Source of the DNA: a virus
DNA length: 40,589 nucleotides
Reading direction: 5' to 3' (one strand)
UHGV virus genome: UHGV-0397188
Made by a program: the position numbers and the translations under genes. Shown here piece after piece: positions 19,307-28,719 of this stretch (within the stretch, counting starts at the first letter, position 1; each line of letters starts with the position of its first letter). Under the pieces are notes generated by a model. That model saw only the letters and a list, made by a program, of their open reading frames with translations. It was not told the DNA's origin and made no database searches.

Positions 19307-19486
19307 ATGAAGATAGGCGTAGATACAGAAAACAGAGAAGAATATTTATTAAAAATTCTAAAAGAAGATATTCCGGTCAAGGAGATGGAAGAGCGTATTT
19401 TTAAAGAAATTGGAGAAAGACCTATTATAGATATGAACTGTGGGATGGAACCAGGAGTTTCAGGAAAGCCAGAATCTATTTTATAG
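19307..19486 (+). CDS. hypothetical 59-aa protein
   Basis: ATG ORF just below the track cutoff; overlaps the 3' end of the minus-strand gene by 11 nt. Confidence 0.25.
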   Translation: MKIGVDTENREEYLLKILKEDIPVKEMEERIFKEIGERPIIDMNCGMEPGVSGKPESIL

Positions 19487-20246
19487 ATTCTGACAAACCG
19501 AAAATATTTGAAATTTCGATTAATGCGCTACGACATTCTGCAGCGGAAATGGATATCCATTCCAGTAAAGCATCCGACAAAGAACTTGTATCACTTATAT
19601 TGCAGAGAAGTGGAACAGCACTCCAAGTATTCGGATGCGATTGAAAAATAGGAAGCAATCGGTTAGCTATATACGAATTCATATCTCGCAGATATGGATC
19701 AGAATCTAATTTTTTTGCAAGCTGTGTTTTTGGTGTTTTACAAAGCTGCGATATTTCAAATGGAATTGCTTTTTGCACATCATTTTCAACATAAGTTTTA
19801 AAACAAGGATAGTACAATTGTCCGTCTGCAGTCATTAGGTTAATGGCGGTATTTTGCCAATATTCGGAAAGTTTTGGTAAAAAATAGTATGACGAAAGTT
19901 CACAAATGGACTCTTCAAGCCATCGTAAATTCTGTTGTACTTTTCCATGAATGACTGTGTGACACATTTCATGAGCAAGCTGATATGCAAGTCGTGACCA
20001 CGAGGATGGATTTGAGTTCAAGATAATCAAATCTGACTCTTTAAAACAAGCGGGGCATTCCCGTTCCTTCTGAATAGTTATTGTGGTTGAAACGCTTTGT
20101 ATAGGGAGAACTTCGTTCATTACTCGAAGAAGCGTATCTATTACAAGCAACATATTTTCATCTGCTGTATCCGATTTACCGCAATTGAAATGAATTTGAG
20201 GAAAAGAATTAATAGAAATAAGCTTTCCCATTTTAAAAACCTCCAC
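19476..20246 (-). CDS. second ImmA-like HExxHxxxH metallopeptidase-domain protein (256 aa), opposite strand within the early block
   Basis: The 'LAHEMCHTVIH' motif has the same HExxHxxxH spacing as ImmA 16259..16699; the rest of the protein is unrelated; it has its own palindromic operator upstream. Confidence 0.5.
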   Translation of the reverse strand: MEVFKMGKLISINSFPQIHFNCGKSDTADENMLLVIDTLLRVMNEVLPIQSVSTTITIQKERECPACFKESDLIILNSNPSSWSRLAYQLAHEMCHTVIHGKVQQNLRWLEESICELSSYYFLPKLSEYWQNTAINLMTADGQLYYPCFKTYVENDVQKAIPFEISQLCKTPKTQLAKKLDSDPYLRDMNSYIANRLLPIFQSHPNTWSAVPLLCNISDTSSLSDALLEWISISAAECRSALIEISNIFGLSESIK

Positions 20247-20259
20247 ATTAAATGATTAT

Positions 20260-20292
20260 GAAAATATTTTAACATGAAGTTAAAATATTTTC
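20260..20292. promoter_or_regulatory. perfect 14-bp inverted repeat with a 5-nt spacer (GAAAATATTTTAAC atgaa GTTAAAATATTTTC), operator-like
   Basis: Located in the divergent region just upstream of the minus-strand gene that ends at 20246. Confidence 0.5.
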
Positions 20293-20561
20293 AAGTTTCA
20301 AAGGGAAACAAACCGATTTTAGAAAGGAGAAAAAATGAAAACAAGAAAAGATTTTTTAACAGATGAACAGGTAGAACAGGAAATTGAAAGATTGAATCAA
20401 TCTGATGCCGCACAGCTTTTTATATAGGAACAGCGCATTAAATATAAGAGGAGACAGTACCTGTATCAACTCAGATGCCATGAGAAGAGAGGAAAGCAGT
20501 TAATCCGTGACGGAGTGAAGATGGAACAGCTTGAGTTGATGGAAAAGGAGATGGAAGAGTG

Positions 20562-20702
20562 ATGTTGGAAGTACTTGGAAGTATCGCTACTATTGCAGCA
20601 ACAATAGTACAAGCTGTAAGCGTAGTGCGTCTTATGAAGATTGAAAAGGAACTGAATAAAATGTACAAAAGGAGATCAAATGAACAAATTAAAAGTAATT
20701 GA
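20562..20702 (+). CDS. small hydrophobic peptide (46 aa), hypothetical
   Basis: An ATG ORF with one TM-like segment that overlaps the start of the next gene; below the ORF-track cutoff. Confidence 0.2.
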   Translation: MLEVLGSIATIAATIVQAVSVVRLMKIEKELNKMYKRRSNEQIKSN

Positions 20703-21444
20703 AAATGATCTTGTCCCAGTATACGAGACAAGCACAGGAGAAAAAGTAGTATACGGCTCAGAGCTGCATGAAGTTCTGGGGGCACCAAGCGTTTACCGTG
20801 AATGGTCAAAACGCCGCTTAACGGATATTGATGCGGAAGAAGATGTAGATTTTACCACCGTAGAAATTCCTACGGTGTCCGGTGGTGCGCCAAAGAAAGA
20901 CCATATCATCAAACTGGATACTGCCAAAGAAATGGCAATGCTTGAGCGGAACGAAAAAGGAAAGCAAGTACGCAGATATTTCATCCGGGTAGAAAAGAAA
21001 TACAAAGCGGCATCTCTTGCCACACAAGAACTCTCACCGCAGTTACAGGTCATGATTAACTTGGAAATTGAGCAGAAGCGTCAGGCAGAGAAGCTTGAGC
21101 ACGTGGAAGAACGGATCGAAAGCATCCGTGAGGTTGTTGCAATCGATACAACGTCATGGAGAGAAGATACCGGAAGAATCTTGAGAAAAATCGGTATGGA
21201 GTGCGGAGACAGCAAGTCTTATCAAGATGTAAGAGCGGAATCCTATCAGTTGTTAGAAAAACGCATGGGAGTGAATGTAAAACAGAGACTCACAAACAAG
21301 CGCAGGAGAATGGCAGATGAGGGTGTTTGCAAATCCAGAAGAGACAAATTGAATTATCTTGATGTGATTGCTGATGATAAGAAACTGATTGAGGGATATA
21401 CGGCTATCGTAAAAGAGTTGGCTATTAAATACGGAGTGGCGTAG
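20680..21444 (+). CDS. AntA/KilAC-type phage antirepressor
   Basis: The N-terminus 'LVPVYETSTGEKVVYGSELHEVLG...YREWSKRRL' fits the AntA domain pattern; AAAAGGAG RBS. Confidence 0.6.
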   Translation: MNKLKVIENDLVPVYETSTGEKVVYGSELHEVLGAPSVYREWSKRRLTDIDAEEDVDFTTVEIPTVSGGAPKKDHIIKLDTAKEMAMLERNEKGKQVRRYFIRVEKKYKAASLATQELSPQLQVMINLEIEQKRQAEKLEHVEERIESIREVVAIDTTSWREDTGRILRKIGMECGDSKSYQDVRAESYQLLEKRMGVNVKQRLTNKRRRMADEGVCKSRRDKLNYLDVIADDKKLIEGYTAIVKELAIKYGVA

Positions 21445-21458
21445 CAGGGAGGATTGAC

Positions 21459-21644
21459 ATGGAAATTGTAATAGCAAGCATCATCTGCTCGATCATAACA
21501 TCAATCGTTACAAGTCTTGTGGTGACACGGGAGTCTATGAGCATTATCCAAAAAGCTGTTGATCATTTACTTGATGTCAACATGGACTTTGTCACCTCGG
21601 TGACAAACATGATAATTGATAGATTTGGAACGAATCACAAATAA
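21459..21644 (+). CDS. small membrane protein (hypothetical)
   Basis: 61 aa with a hydrophobic N-terminal half. Confidence 0.3.
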   Translation: MEIVIASIICSIITSIVTSLVVTRESMSIIQKAVDHLLDVNMDFVTSVTNMIIDRFGTNHK

Positions 21645-21646
21645 GA

Positions 21647-21844
21647 GTGGATGGACAACATATCTCGGACAATCCATCCGTCATACATATTAGAGAGGTG
21701 GTGCAAGTGACTATAAAAAACATCGTAGTAATCAACGGTAAAGAGGTGGAGATCAGAGATCTTCCGGACGCTGAATTATTTGCAGAAAAATTAAACCGGA
21801 AAGCTCTGACAGCAAGAAATTACACAGAAGAGGAAACCGCCTAG
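21647..21844 (+). CDS. hypothetical protein
   Basis: Co-directional ORF in the early block; start uncertain. Confidence 0.25.
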   Translation: MDGQHISDNPSVIHIREVVQVTIKNIVVINGKEVEIRDLPDAELFAEKLNRKALTARNYTEEETA

Positions 21845-21866
21845 GCGGTAGAAGGGAGGACAAGCT

Positions 21867-22052
21867 GTGAAAAGGCTGACAATCAATCATATTGAGAAAT
21901 TCATCCAGACGCTGGAATCCACAGAAAGGGTTGGTTGGTATTCTGAGGAGCAAAAGTTGCACGCAATCGCCTGTTTAAACAATTACTGCAGGGAACTGGA
22001 GTATCAAGGAAGAAAATCCGTGAAATTAAAGGAGGAAGAACATGGAAATTAA
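21867..22052 (+). CDS. hypothetical protein
   Basis: Co-directional ORF (61 aa). Confidence 0.3.
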   Translation: MKRLTINHIEKFIQTLESTERVGWYSEEQKLHAIACLNNYCRELEYQGRKSVKLKEEEHGN

Positions 22053-22230
22053 AGGAACCTACCACTGCCAGACCACTCAGCAACCCAACACTTTAAATAG
22101 CTGGGATATCCGGTCAGTATCGGTAGATCTGCCGGAAGAAGAGGACAAGCCTTATTGGATCAGAGCTGGTGCGATGGTGATCGGGTTTATCTTGGTGCTA
22201 CTGGCGTGGTATCTGGTGTTTGGGTATTAA
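22042..22230 (+). CDS. hypothetical protein with a C-terminal TM helix
   Basis: GGAGGAAGAACATG RBS; overlaps the preceding stop. Confidence 0.35.
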   Translation: MEIKGTYHCQTTQQPNTLNSWDIRSVSVDLPEEEDKPYWIRAGAMVIGFILVLLAWYLVFGY

Positions 22231-22317
22231 AAATGAGCACCTACAAAAAGGCTGGGGAGCCGTAGGTACTCTGACAAAAAATCAAGAATATAGTAACAGA
22301 TTTTAGGAGGATAAGCA

Positions 22318-22584
22318 ATGGATAGAGAAAAAATACATAAACTTTTAGACTTAATTCTTGAGATTCAAGAGCGTGGAGAAGGTAGGAATGGGTATCCGTA
22401 CGTAAACATTGAATTTTCGAACTACGGTAGCAGAATATTTTTAACCGCACAAGAAAACGGATTTGTTACTGATGGAGATTACGATTTGTTTGACGGTATT
22501 GCAACAGATAAGCAACTAGATGATGCAATTATTTTAGTTGGGGTATTGCTGGAAATGGCAGTGGACAAGACGGAGGACGAATGA
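22318..22584 (+). CDS. hypothetical protein
   Basis: AGGAGG RBS; 88 aa. Confidence 0.4.
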   Translation: MDREKIHKLLDLILEIQERGEGRNGYPYVNIEFSNYGSRIFLTAQENGFVTDGDYDLFDGIATDKQLDDAIILVGVLLEMAVDKTEDE

Positions 22585-22796
22585 TGTATGTAGGTATCGG
22601 ACCAGAGAAAGGAAAGAAAGTGCATGACGAAGATGCCTTTTCTTACGCCTGCGAACGAATAAACAATGGTACGGAAAGAGAACAGGAAACATTTATGCAG
22701 ATCATGAAAGAAGCTGAGAGTTTTTACATGGCGGTGGTCACAGTTGTGCTGTGGTATTTTTCCGGAAATTGGGTGTACGAGGAGGTGGCTCTATGA
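22581..22796 (+). CDS. hypothetical protein
   Basis: Start overlaps the upstream stop (ATGA). Confidence 0.35.
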   Translation: MMYVGIGPEKGKKVHDEDAFSYACERINNGTEREQETFMQIMKEAESFYMAVVTVVLWYFSGNWVYEEVAL

Positions 22797-22954
22797 TTAC
22801 GATGCAGCAGCGCAAGGAGAGAATTGAAGATCTATTGGATGAGCGTCTCGGGATGATTGAGAATGGGGAGGTGAATACATATTACCAGACAAGGGATATA
22901 GCAAATCTGACGCAGGCACTTTTAAATATTACAAGGATCATGAAGGAGGAATGA
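22751..22954 (+). CDS. hypothetical protein
   Basis: Overlapping or coupled ORF; alternative start codon. Confidence 0.3.
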   Translation: MVFFRKLGVRGGGSMITMQQRKERIEDLLDERLGMIENGEVNTYYQTRDIANLTQALLNITRIMKEE

Positions 22955-23682
22955 ATATGAATATATATCAAAAAATGAGTGCAATTACAGCAGAAATCAC
23001 AGCTGTTGCGAAAAATCTGAATGTAGGTTGGGGGCAAAATTCTTACAAGGCCGTAGGCGAAGCAGATGTTCTGGCCGCTGTAAAACCAATCGAAGAAAAA
23101 CACGGTGTTTACAGTTATCCTGTCAACCGACATATTATGGACACATCCGTTTTAACTTCAGTCAATTCAAAGGGCAACGAAGTTAGACAGTTATTTATGA
23201 GAATCGAAACTACATATAGATTCGTTAATGCTGAAATGCCAGAAGAGTACATTGACATCAAAACGTATGGTGATGGAGTAGATTCACAGGATAAGGCACC
23301 GGGGAAAGCGATGACATATGCGGATAAATACGCATTGTTGAAAGCTTATAAGATTATCACTGGTGATGATCCAGATCAGGAATGCAGCAAAGAACTGAAA
23401 GGAAAAGCAGCCAAACCTGCAAAATCATGTAAATCAGAAGCGACAGTAAGGCAATTAGAATCAAAAGAGTCCGGCGAGCAGTCAAAAAACACGAGTAATG
23501 AGCTATTAAGCAGCGCAGAACGCTCTGCTATTGAGAGTCGATGTAAGGAAGATGGGGTTGATGCAGATAAGTTATTATCTTTGTACAGCCTTAGCTCATT
23601 CGAAGGAATGAAATATAAACATTACGATAATATTTTGAAAAACTGGGAAAAAGTAAAAGAAAAATGCGGAGGTGCAAAATAA
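22951..23682 (+). CDS. ERF-family single-strand annealing protein (recombinase)
   Basis: The N-terminal 'IYQKMSAITAEITAVAKN...' and the overall organisation resemble ERF; followed directly by an SSB gene. Confidence 0.5.
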   Translation: MNMNIYQKMSAITAEITAVAKNLNVGWGQNSYKAVGEADVLAAVKPIEEKHGVYSYPVNRHIMDTSVLTSVNSKGNEVRQLFMRIETTYRFVNAEMPEEYIDIKTYGDGVDSQDKAPGKAMTYADKYALLKAYKIITGDDPDQECSKELKGKAAKPAKSCKSEATVRQLESKESGEQSKNTSNELLSSAERSAIESRCKEDGVDADKLLSLYSLSSFEGMKYKHYDNILKNWEKVKEKCGGAK

Positions 23683-24095
23683 TGAACAGCGTAAATTTAA
23701 CAGGTAGATTAACCAGAGATCCAGAAATCAGATATACAGATGCAGGGCTTTCGATTGCAAGATTTTCCATTGCTGTAGACAGGAGATTTTATAAGGACGG
23801 TGAGCAATCAGCGGATTTTATAAACATCGTATCATTCGGAAAAACAGCAGAATTCATTGAAAAGTGGTTTAAGAAAGGGACGAAAATTGAAGTATCCGGA
23901 AGAATTCAGACAGGATCATATGCAAACAATGACGGGGTAAAGGTTTATACAACAGACGTTGTTGCGGAGCAAGTCGGTTTCGCAGAGAGTAAGAACTCGC
24001 AAAATTCAGGAGCTAACAGAGTATCAGAATCACATGATGATGGGTTCGTAAATATTCCGGACGGAGTAATCGACGAAGAAATGCCGTTTAATTAG
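23682..24095 (+). CDS. ssb: single-stranded DNA-binding protein
   Basis: 'VNLTGRLTRDPEIRYT...G..ARFSIAV.R' OB-fold signature; GGAGGTG RBS; ATG overlaps the ERF stop. Confidence 0.85.
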   Translation: MNSVNLTGRLTRDPEIRYTDAGLSIARFSIAVDRRFYKDGEQSADFINIVSFGKTAEFIEKWFKKGTKIEVSGRIQTGSYANNDGVKVYTTDVVAEQVGFAESKNSQNSGANRVSESHDDGFVNIPDGVIDEEMPFN

Positions 24096-24106
24096 GAGTG
24101 ATTTTA

Positions 24107-24610
24107 TTGGTTATACAAATAGACAGTAGGGAAAAATCGAGAGCGATTAAAAAAATCATAAAAACATTTGATGAGAAAGGCGTGAAGCATCCAGTATCTA
24201 AGTTAATGGTCGGAGATTATATGAACTATGACAACCCACGTCTTGTCGTTGACAGAAAACAGAATTTAACAGAGGTGTGCTGCAATGTTTGTCAAGACCA
24301 CGAAAGATTCAGAAGAGAACTGGTGAAAGCAAATGAAAATGGAATTAAAATCATATTTCTTGTTGAGCACGGAAAAGATATTGAAACTTTGGAAGATGTT
24401 ATCTGGTGGGAAAATCCGAGGGGTGCGAAGCGGCAACGGAACAAAGAAACAGGGAAATGGGAAACTGTTAAGACGAAAGCAATGACCGGAAGAACTCTGT
24501 ACAAAGTCCTATGTACCATCCAGAGGAAGTATGAATGCGAATTCTTGTTTTGCGAGAAAAACGATACCGGAAAGAAGATTATTGAGTTATTGGACGAAAG
24601 ATATGAATAA
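24107..24610 (+). CDS. ERCC4-type nuclease-domain protein
   Basis: 'IDSREK', 'GDY' and 'VVDRKQNLTE' are spaced as in the ERCC4/XPF nuclease motif; a TTG start after TAGGAGTG is likely. Confidence 0.45.
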   Translation: MVIQIDSREKSRAIKKIIKTFDEKGVKHPVSKLMVGDYMNYDNPRLVVDRKQNLTEVCCNVCQDHERFRRELVKANENGIKIIFLVEHGKDIETLEDVIWWENPRGAKRQRNKETGKWETVKTKAMTGRTLYKVLCTIQRKYECEFLFCEKNDTGKKIIELLDERYE

Positions 24611-25094
24611 AGAAGAGATTAAACATTCACACAGCATGAGAGAGATTGTGGAAAGATATGGGTTCCATGTAAATCGGGCGGGGTTTATTCACTGCCCGTT
24701 CCACAAAGGAGACAAGGGAGCATCATTAAAAATCTACCCAGACAGCTTCCATTGTTTCGGATGCGGAACAAATGGAGATATCTTTACATTCGTGCAGCTA
24801 ATTGATCATGTCGATTTCAAAGAAGCGTTCCAGAGTCTTGGTGGAACTTATGAAAAGCCGACATTCCAGTCGAAATTGGCGATATACAGGAGCCGGAAGA
24901 AGGCAGAACAGAGAAAGCGAGAAGAGGAAAAGCTTCGGAAAAAAAGAGAGCTGAATAATGTTCTGATTGATGTGTACCGCGATTATATGAATAAATCAGA
25001 ACCGTTCAGCGAGGTATGGTGCGATTGCTGCAATGCTCTGCAATATCAGTTGTACTTATACGAAATATTAAACGAGAAGGAGGCGAGAAAGTGA
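24603..25094 (+). CDS. CHC2 zinc-finger (DnaG primase-type) domain protein
   Basis: 'CPFHKGDKGASL...FHCFGCGTNGD' matches the CHC2 primase zinc-finger pattern; the start overlaps the previous stop. Confidence 0.6.
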   Translation: MNKEEIKHSHSMREIVERYGFHVNRAGFIHCPFHKGDKGASLKIYPDSFHCFGCGTNGDIFTFVQLIDHVDFKEAFQSLGGTYEKPTFQSKLAIYRSRKKAEQRKREEEKLRKKRELNNVLIDVYRDYMNKSEPFSEVWCDCCNALQYQLYLYEILNEKEARK

Positions 25095-26950
25095 AAGAAA
25101 TAAACGAATTTGATGCAGACAGCATATTGGATGATGAAGTTTTCATTGAATTATTTGAAATGGAAGATCCGATTCTCCGATCAAAAACAAAAGTGCAGCT
25201 TATCAGAAGAGCGAAACAGCTGGGCGTCAAGTCGGATTTTGAAGAGATTTTGAAAGGATACAATCAGGCTGACCGAGAAATGAAGAGACAGGAACGGGAA
25301 AACAGAACTGTTTGCACAGTAGATAACTATACGAATTTCACAGGACCTCACGATCGTATGTATTGCGGCGCCTGGATTGCGGATGATCGCGGCGTGTTCG
25401 CACAGAATTCCGGAAGGGTCGATGAAGTAGCTTGCTACCACCCGATCCTGCCAGTAGAGCGGCTGCGAAACTTGGAGACCGGGGAAGAGCAAATAAAACT
25501 GTCGTACAGGCGAAATAACCAGTGGCACGATATTGTGGTCCCCAAAACGATGATCACATCAGCGAATAAGATCGTGGCATTATCCGGAAGAGGGATTGCA
25601 GTTACGTCAGAAAATGCAAAATTGCTAGTCAAGTATCTGGCTGACGTAGAAAATGGAAACGATGATTACATAGATGTGCAGTATTCCACTAGTAAACTTG
25701 GGTGGATTAATGATCAGTTTATCCCCTATGATACTGATATTATTTTTGATGGGGACAATCGGTTTAAGCAGACCTTTGAAAGCGTGTCGGAGCATGGCAG
25801 TTTCGATGTGTGGTTGAATCACGTTCGAGAACTGAGGGAAACTGGAAGAATGGAGGTAAAATTCCTGTTGGCTGCATCATTCGCAAGTGTGCTGGTTTAT
25901 ATTCTGGGTGGACTCCCTTTCTTCGTGGATCTGTGGGGTGAAACTGAGGGCGGAAAGACAGTCTCTCTCATGGTAGCCGCATCTGTGTGGGCGAATCCAG
26001 ACGAAAGCAGATATATTGGAGACTTTAAAACAACGGACGTTGCACTGGAAGCGAAAGCGGATATGCTGAATCATCTTCCGATGTTTCTGGACGATACGAG
26101 CAAAACATCCGCAAGAATCAGGGATAACTTCGAGGGAATTGTTTATGATCTGTGTTCCGGAAAAGGAAAGAGCCGGTCAAACAAAGACCTCGGAATCAAT
26201 CGAGAGAATCGGTGGCGGAATGTAATGATCTGCAACGGTGAGAGACCGCTTAGCAGCTACGTCAGTCAGGGCGGTGCAATCAACAGAATTCTGGAGGTTG
26301 AGTGTGGTGAAAAGATTTATCAGGATCCGCAGAAGACAGCGGAGACGGTAAAACGGAATTACGGACATGCGGGCAAGAAGTTCGTGGAAATCATCAAAGA
26401 AATGGGAGAAGATGAAATTCGTTCTATCCAGAAAGAGTTTCAGAAGGAATTATTTAACACGGATAAGATGCAGAAGCAGAGTATTTCACTTTCTATTGTT
26501 CTGACAGCCGATAAAATAGCCACAGATTTTATTTTTAAGGATGGGCAGTATATTTCAATGGACGAAGCGAAACAGGTGCTTATAGACCGAAATGAGCTGT
26601 CTGACAATGAGCGGTGCTATCACTTCATTCAGGACAAAGTAGCGATGAACGGTCAGAGATTTGATACAGTTACTAACTGTGAAAAATGGGGGATTCTTGA
26701 AAATGGATATGCTATTTTTTACAGTTCAGCCTTTGACCAAGTATGTAAAGACGGTGGATTTTCGAAGAAGTCTTTTCTTTCGTGGGCGGATAAAAAGGCA
26801 TTGATACAAGTGCAGGCAGGACGGCAGACAAAAATAAAAAAAATAAATGGAACATCAGCGAGATGCGTCTGGTTGAAATTGGATGAAAGCATGGATTCTG
26901 ACGGATTTGTAAAGGTTGAAGATGCGCAAGAAGAGCTTCCGTTTAAGTAA
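25091..26950 (+). CDS. phage replication protein with a Walker A/B NTPase core (primase-helicase / D5-P4-like)
   Basis: GTG start after AAGGAGG; 'GETEGGKTVSL' Walker A and 'MFLDDTSK' Walker B-like motifs; follows the CHC2 protein. Confidence 0.5.
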   Translation: MKEINEFDADSILDDEVFIELFEMEDPILRSKTKVQLIRRAKQLGVKSDFEEILKGYNQADREMKRQERENRTVCTVDNYTNFTGPHDRMYCGAWIADDRGVFAQNSGRVDEVACYHPILPVERLRNLETGEEQIKLSYRRNNQWHDIVVPKTMITSANKIVALSGRGIAVTSENAKLLVKYLADVENGNDDYIDVQYSTSKLGWINDQFIPYDTDIIFDGDNRFKQTFESVSEHGSFDVWLNHVRELRETGRMEVKFLLAASFASVLVYILGGLPFFVDLWGETEGGKTVSLMVAASVWANPDESRYIGDFKTTDVALEAKADMLNHLPMFLDDTSKTSARIRDNFEGIVYDLCSGKGKSRSNKDLGINRENRWRNVMICNGERPLSSYVSQGGAINRILEVECGEKIYQDPQKTAETVKRNYGHAGKKFVEIIKEMGEDEIRSIQKEFQKELFNTDKMQKQSISLSIVLTADKIATDFIFKDGQYISMDEAKQVLIDRNELSDNERCYHFIQDKVAMNGQRFDTVTNCEKWGILENGYAIFYSSAFDQVCKDGGFSKKSFLSWADKKALIQVQAGRQTKIKKINGTSARCVWLKLDESMDSDGFVKVEDAQEELPFK

Positions 26951-26952
26951 AA

Positions 26953-27152
26953 GGTTACCAGTTACCATGGTTACCATCGGTTTTCACTCACATATGTCTT
27001 TTATAAAAGTGGGAAATAAAACACATGAAGCACTCTATATAGGAAAAGTAGTGGTAACTTGGTAACCATAGCTAGAAAATGCCTATAAACACAGTAAATA
27101 CAAGGGTTTTAACGGTTACAAAAAAATGTAACTTTAAATTAATTTTGGTAAC
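26953..27152. repeat. iteron-like array of at least 7 GTTACC/GGTAAC half-sites in both orientations (candidate replication origin)
   Basis: ggttaccagttaccatggttaccatcgg (26953..26980), gtggtaacttggtaaccat (27051..27069), cggttaca (27113..27120) and tggtaaca (27147..27154); immediately downstream of the replication gene. Confidence 0.5.
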
Positions 27153-27164
27153 AAAGGAGCGAAT

Positions 27165-27368
27165 ATGCACGAAAAAATAACAGATATCCAGAATTTGTTC
27201 TGGAAAGCGTATAAAAATTATAAAGGTACCGGCTCAATGAGTCAATACAATGCAGATGTCGATGGGATTATTGAGAAGTACAGGGATGATCATGTTATGT
27301 TGAATTTCTGCAAAAACTTGGCAATATCATGGGCACCGGTTATCAATGAAATGAAAGAAGATGATTAA
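27165..27368 (+). CDS. hypothetical protein
   Basis: AAAGGAG RBS; 67 aa. Confidence 0.4.
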   Translation: MHEKITDIQNLFWKAYKNYKGTGSMSQYNADVDGIIEKYRDDHVMLNFCKNLAISWAPVINEMKEDD

Positions 27369-27704
27369 ATGCAGGAAAGAAAAAGAGATTTATACGAGCC
27401 GTATTTGGACGAAATAAAGCAAATGCTTAAAGAGGGGTGCATAATTACCCATATATACAAAGAAATTTCGAAAAAGAGCGGAATCGATGCCGATATCAGG
27501 ACGATGAAGCGTTTTATGAAAGAAAGAGGATTGATTCAAGAATCGGAGTATGAAAAGACCGAAATCAATAAATTGATAAAGGATAAGTTTAAGGGAATCG
27601 GTGAATACATGGATTTTTATGAGCGCTGGGTAAAGCAGAGTTGCAGCATAAACCGCACAATCCAGAATCCAAACCGGATATTGATGCGGAGGTATTTACA
27701 GTAA
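27369..27704 (+). CDS. hypothetical protein
   Basis: ATG overlaps the upstream stop (TAAATG). Confidence 0.4.
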   Translation: MQERKRDLYEPYLDEIKQMLKEGCIITHIYKEISKKSGIDADIRTMKRFMKERGLIQESEYEKTEINKLIKDKFKGIGEYMDFYERWVKQSCSINRTIQNPNRILMRRYLQ

Positions 27705-27706
27705 GC

Positions 27707-27859
27707 TATGAAAAAAAAGAAAGAGAATCCGAAGAAAAATGAAGTACATATCTGTTCTTCCTGCGGACGGGAAATTATCGGAGATTTTGAGTATGTAAAG
27801 ACAAAGAGAGGGACGGAATTGTATTTTTGTAAAGATATGAGGTGTAGACATGGGAAAAG
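27707..27859 (+). CDS. small zinc-ribbon protein (50 aa; CSSCG...CKDMRC)
   Basis: ATG ORF below the track cutoff; two Cys pairs. Confidence 0.25.
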
Positions 27860-28233
27860 TTGATGATTATACAGCAGGTAGATCACAGGGATTGATTCTG
27901 GCAAGGGAGATTGTAAAAAAAGACGGTATCGAGGGACTGGAAAAAGAAATCCAGTTTCGGAATATCACAGGAATCAACACAGCCTTAACCAGAAAAGAGC
28001 TGAACATTGCCTGCGAGAAGATTAAAAACATGACACTGGACACAATGATGGTGATCGCAGTCGCAACGCTGCATGATGAGTTCGGTTTTGCTGGGAAACG
28101 GTGCAAGAGATTTATCGACAGAATGAACCTGAAAGCAGAGTGTCTGGTGGACGATATGGCAACATGGGATGAATATACGAGGATGATAAAAGATGAGATT
28201 GGAATTGAGATGACGATACGGAGGAATGACTAA
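27850..28233 (+). CDS. hypothetical protein
   Basis: 127 aa; GAGGTG RBS. Confidence 0.4.
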   Translation: MGKVDDYTAGRSQGLILAREIVKKDGIEGLEKEIQFRNITGINTALTRKELNIACEKIKNMTLDTMMVIAVATLHDEFGFAGKRCKRFIDRMNLKAECLVDDMATWDEYTRMIKDEIGIEMTIRRND

Positions 28234-28415
28234 TGCCAAAAGTGAAAGAAACGCGCTTGCGAAAAGGCGACGCGATCAAATGCGCTGATGCAGAGGATTG
28301 CGTGAGGACAATGAATGAGTTGGCGGTCTGCGGGATAGAGACGGATTTCCTGTATGAAAAAGATGGAGAGAGCGGTTTATGGTTGGAAATAACGGGAGGA
28401 AAATTAGATGGATGA
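28233..28415 (+). CDS. hypothetical protein
   Basis: Start overlaps the upstream stop. Confidence 0.3.
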   Translation: MPKVKETRLRKGDAIKCADAEDCVRTMNELAVCGIETDFLYEKDGESGLWLEITGGKLDG

Positions 28416-28719
28416 GAAGAAAGTTAGAGAAGCGATAGAAAGAATACACAAAATGCGAGATGCGTACAATGCAACATTGCGCTCACTTCCGCAGAAAACG
28501 AGAGAAAGAAGTGATTATAACAATTATGTCGATGCATTTCTAGTAGCAATCGAAGCATTAGAAAAGCAGTTGCCGAAGAAAGTAGAAAACTGGAATGGAC
28601 AAGCGTCGTGTCCTAGATGCAAAAGACTGTTTGGAAATATGGCAGATATAGAAATGTTTTGTTATTGGGATTCTGATTGCTGCAATCATTGTGGCCAGAG
28701 ATTAGATTGGAGTGAGTAA
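28408..28719 (+). CDS. zinc-ribbon protein (CPRCK...CCNHCGQ)
   Basis: Coupled start; Cys clusters. Confidence 0.35.
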   Translation: MDEKKVREAIERIHKMRDAYNATLRSLPQKTRERSDYNNYVDAFLVAIEALEKQLPKKVENWNGQASCPRCKRLFGNMADIEMFCYWDSDCCNHCGQRLDWSE

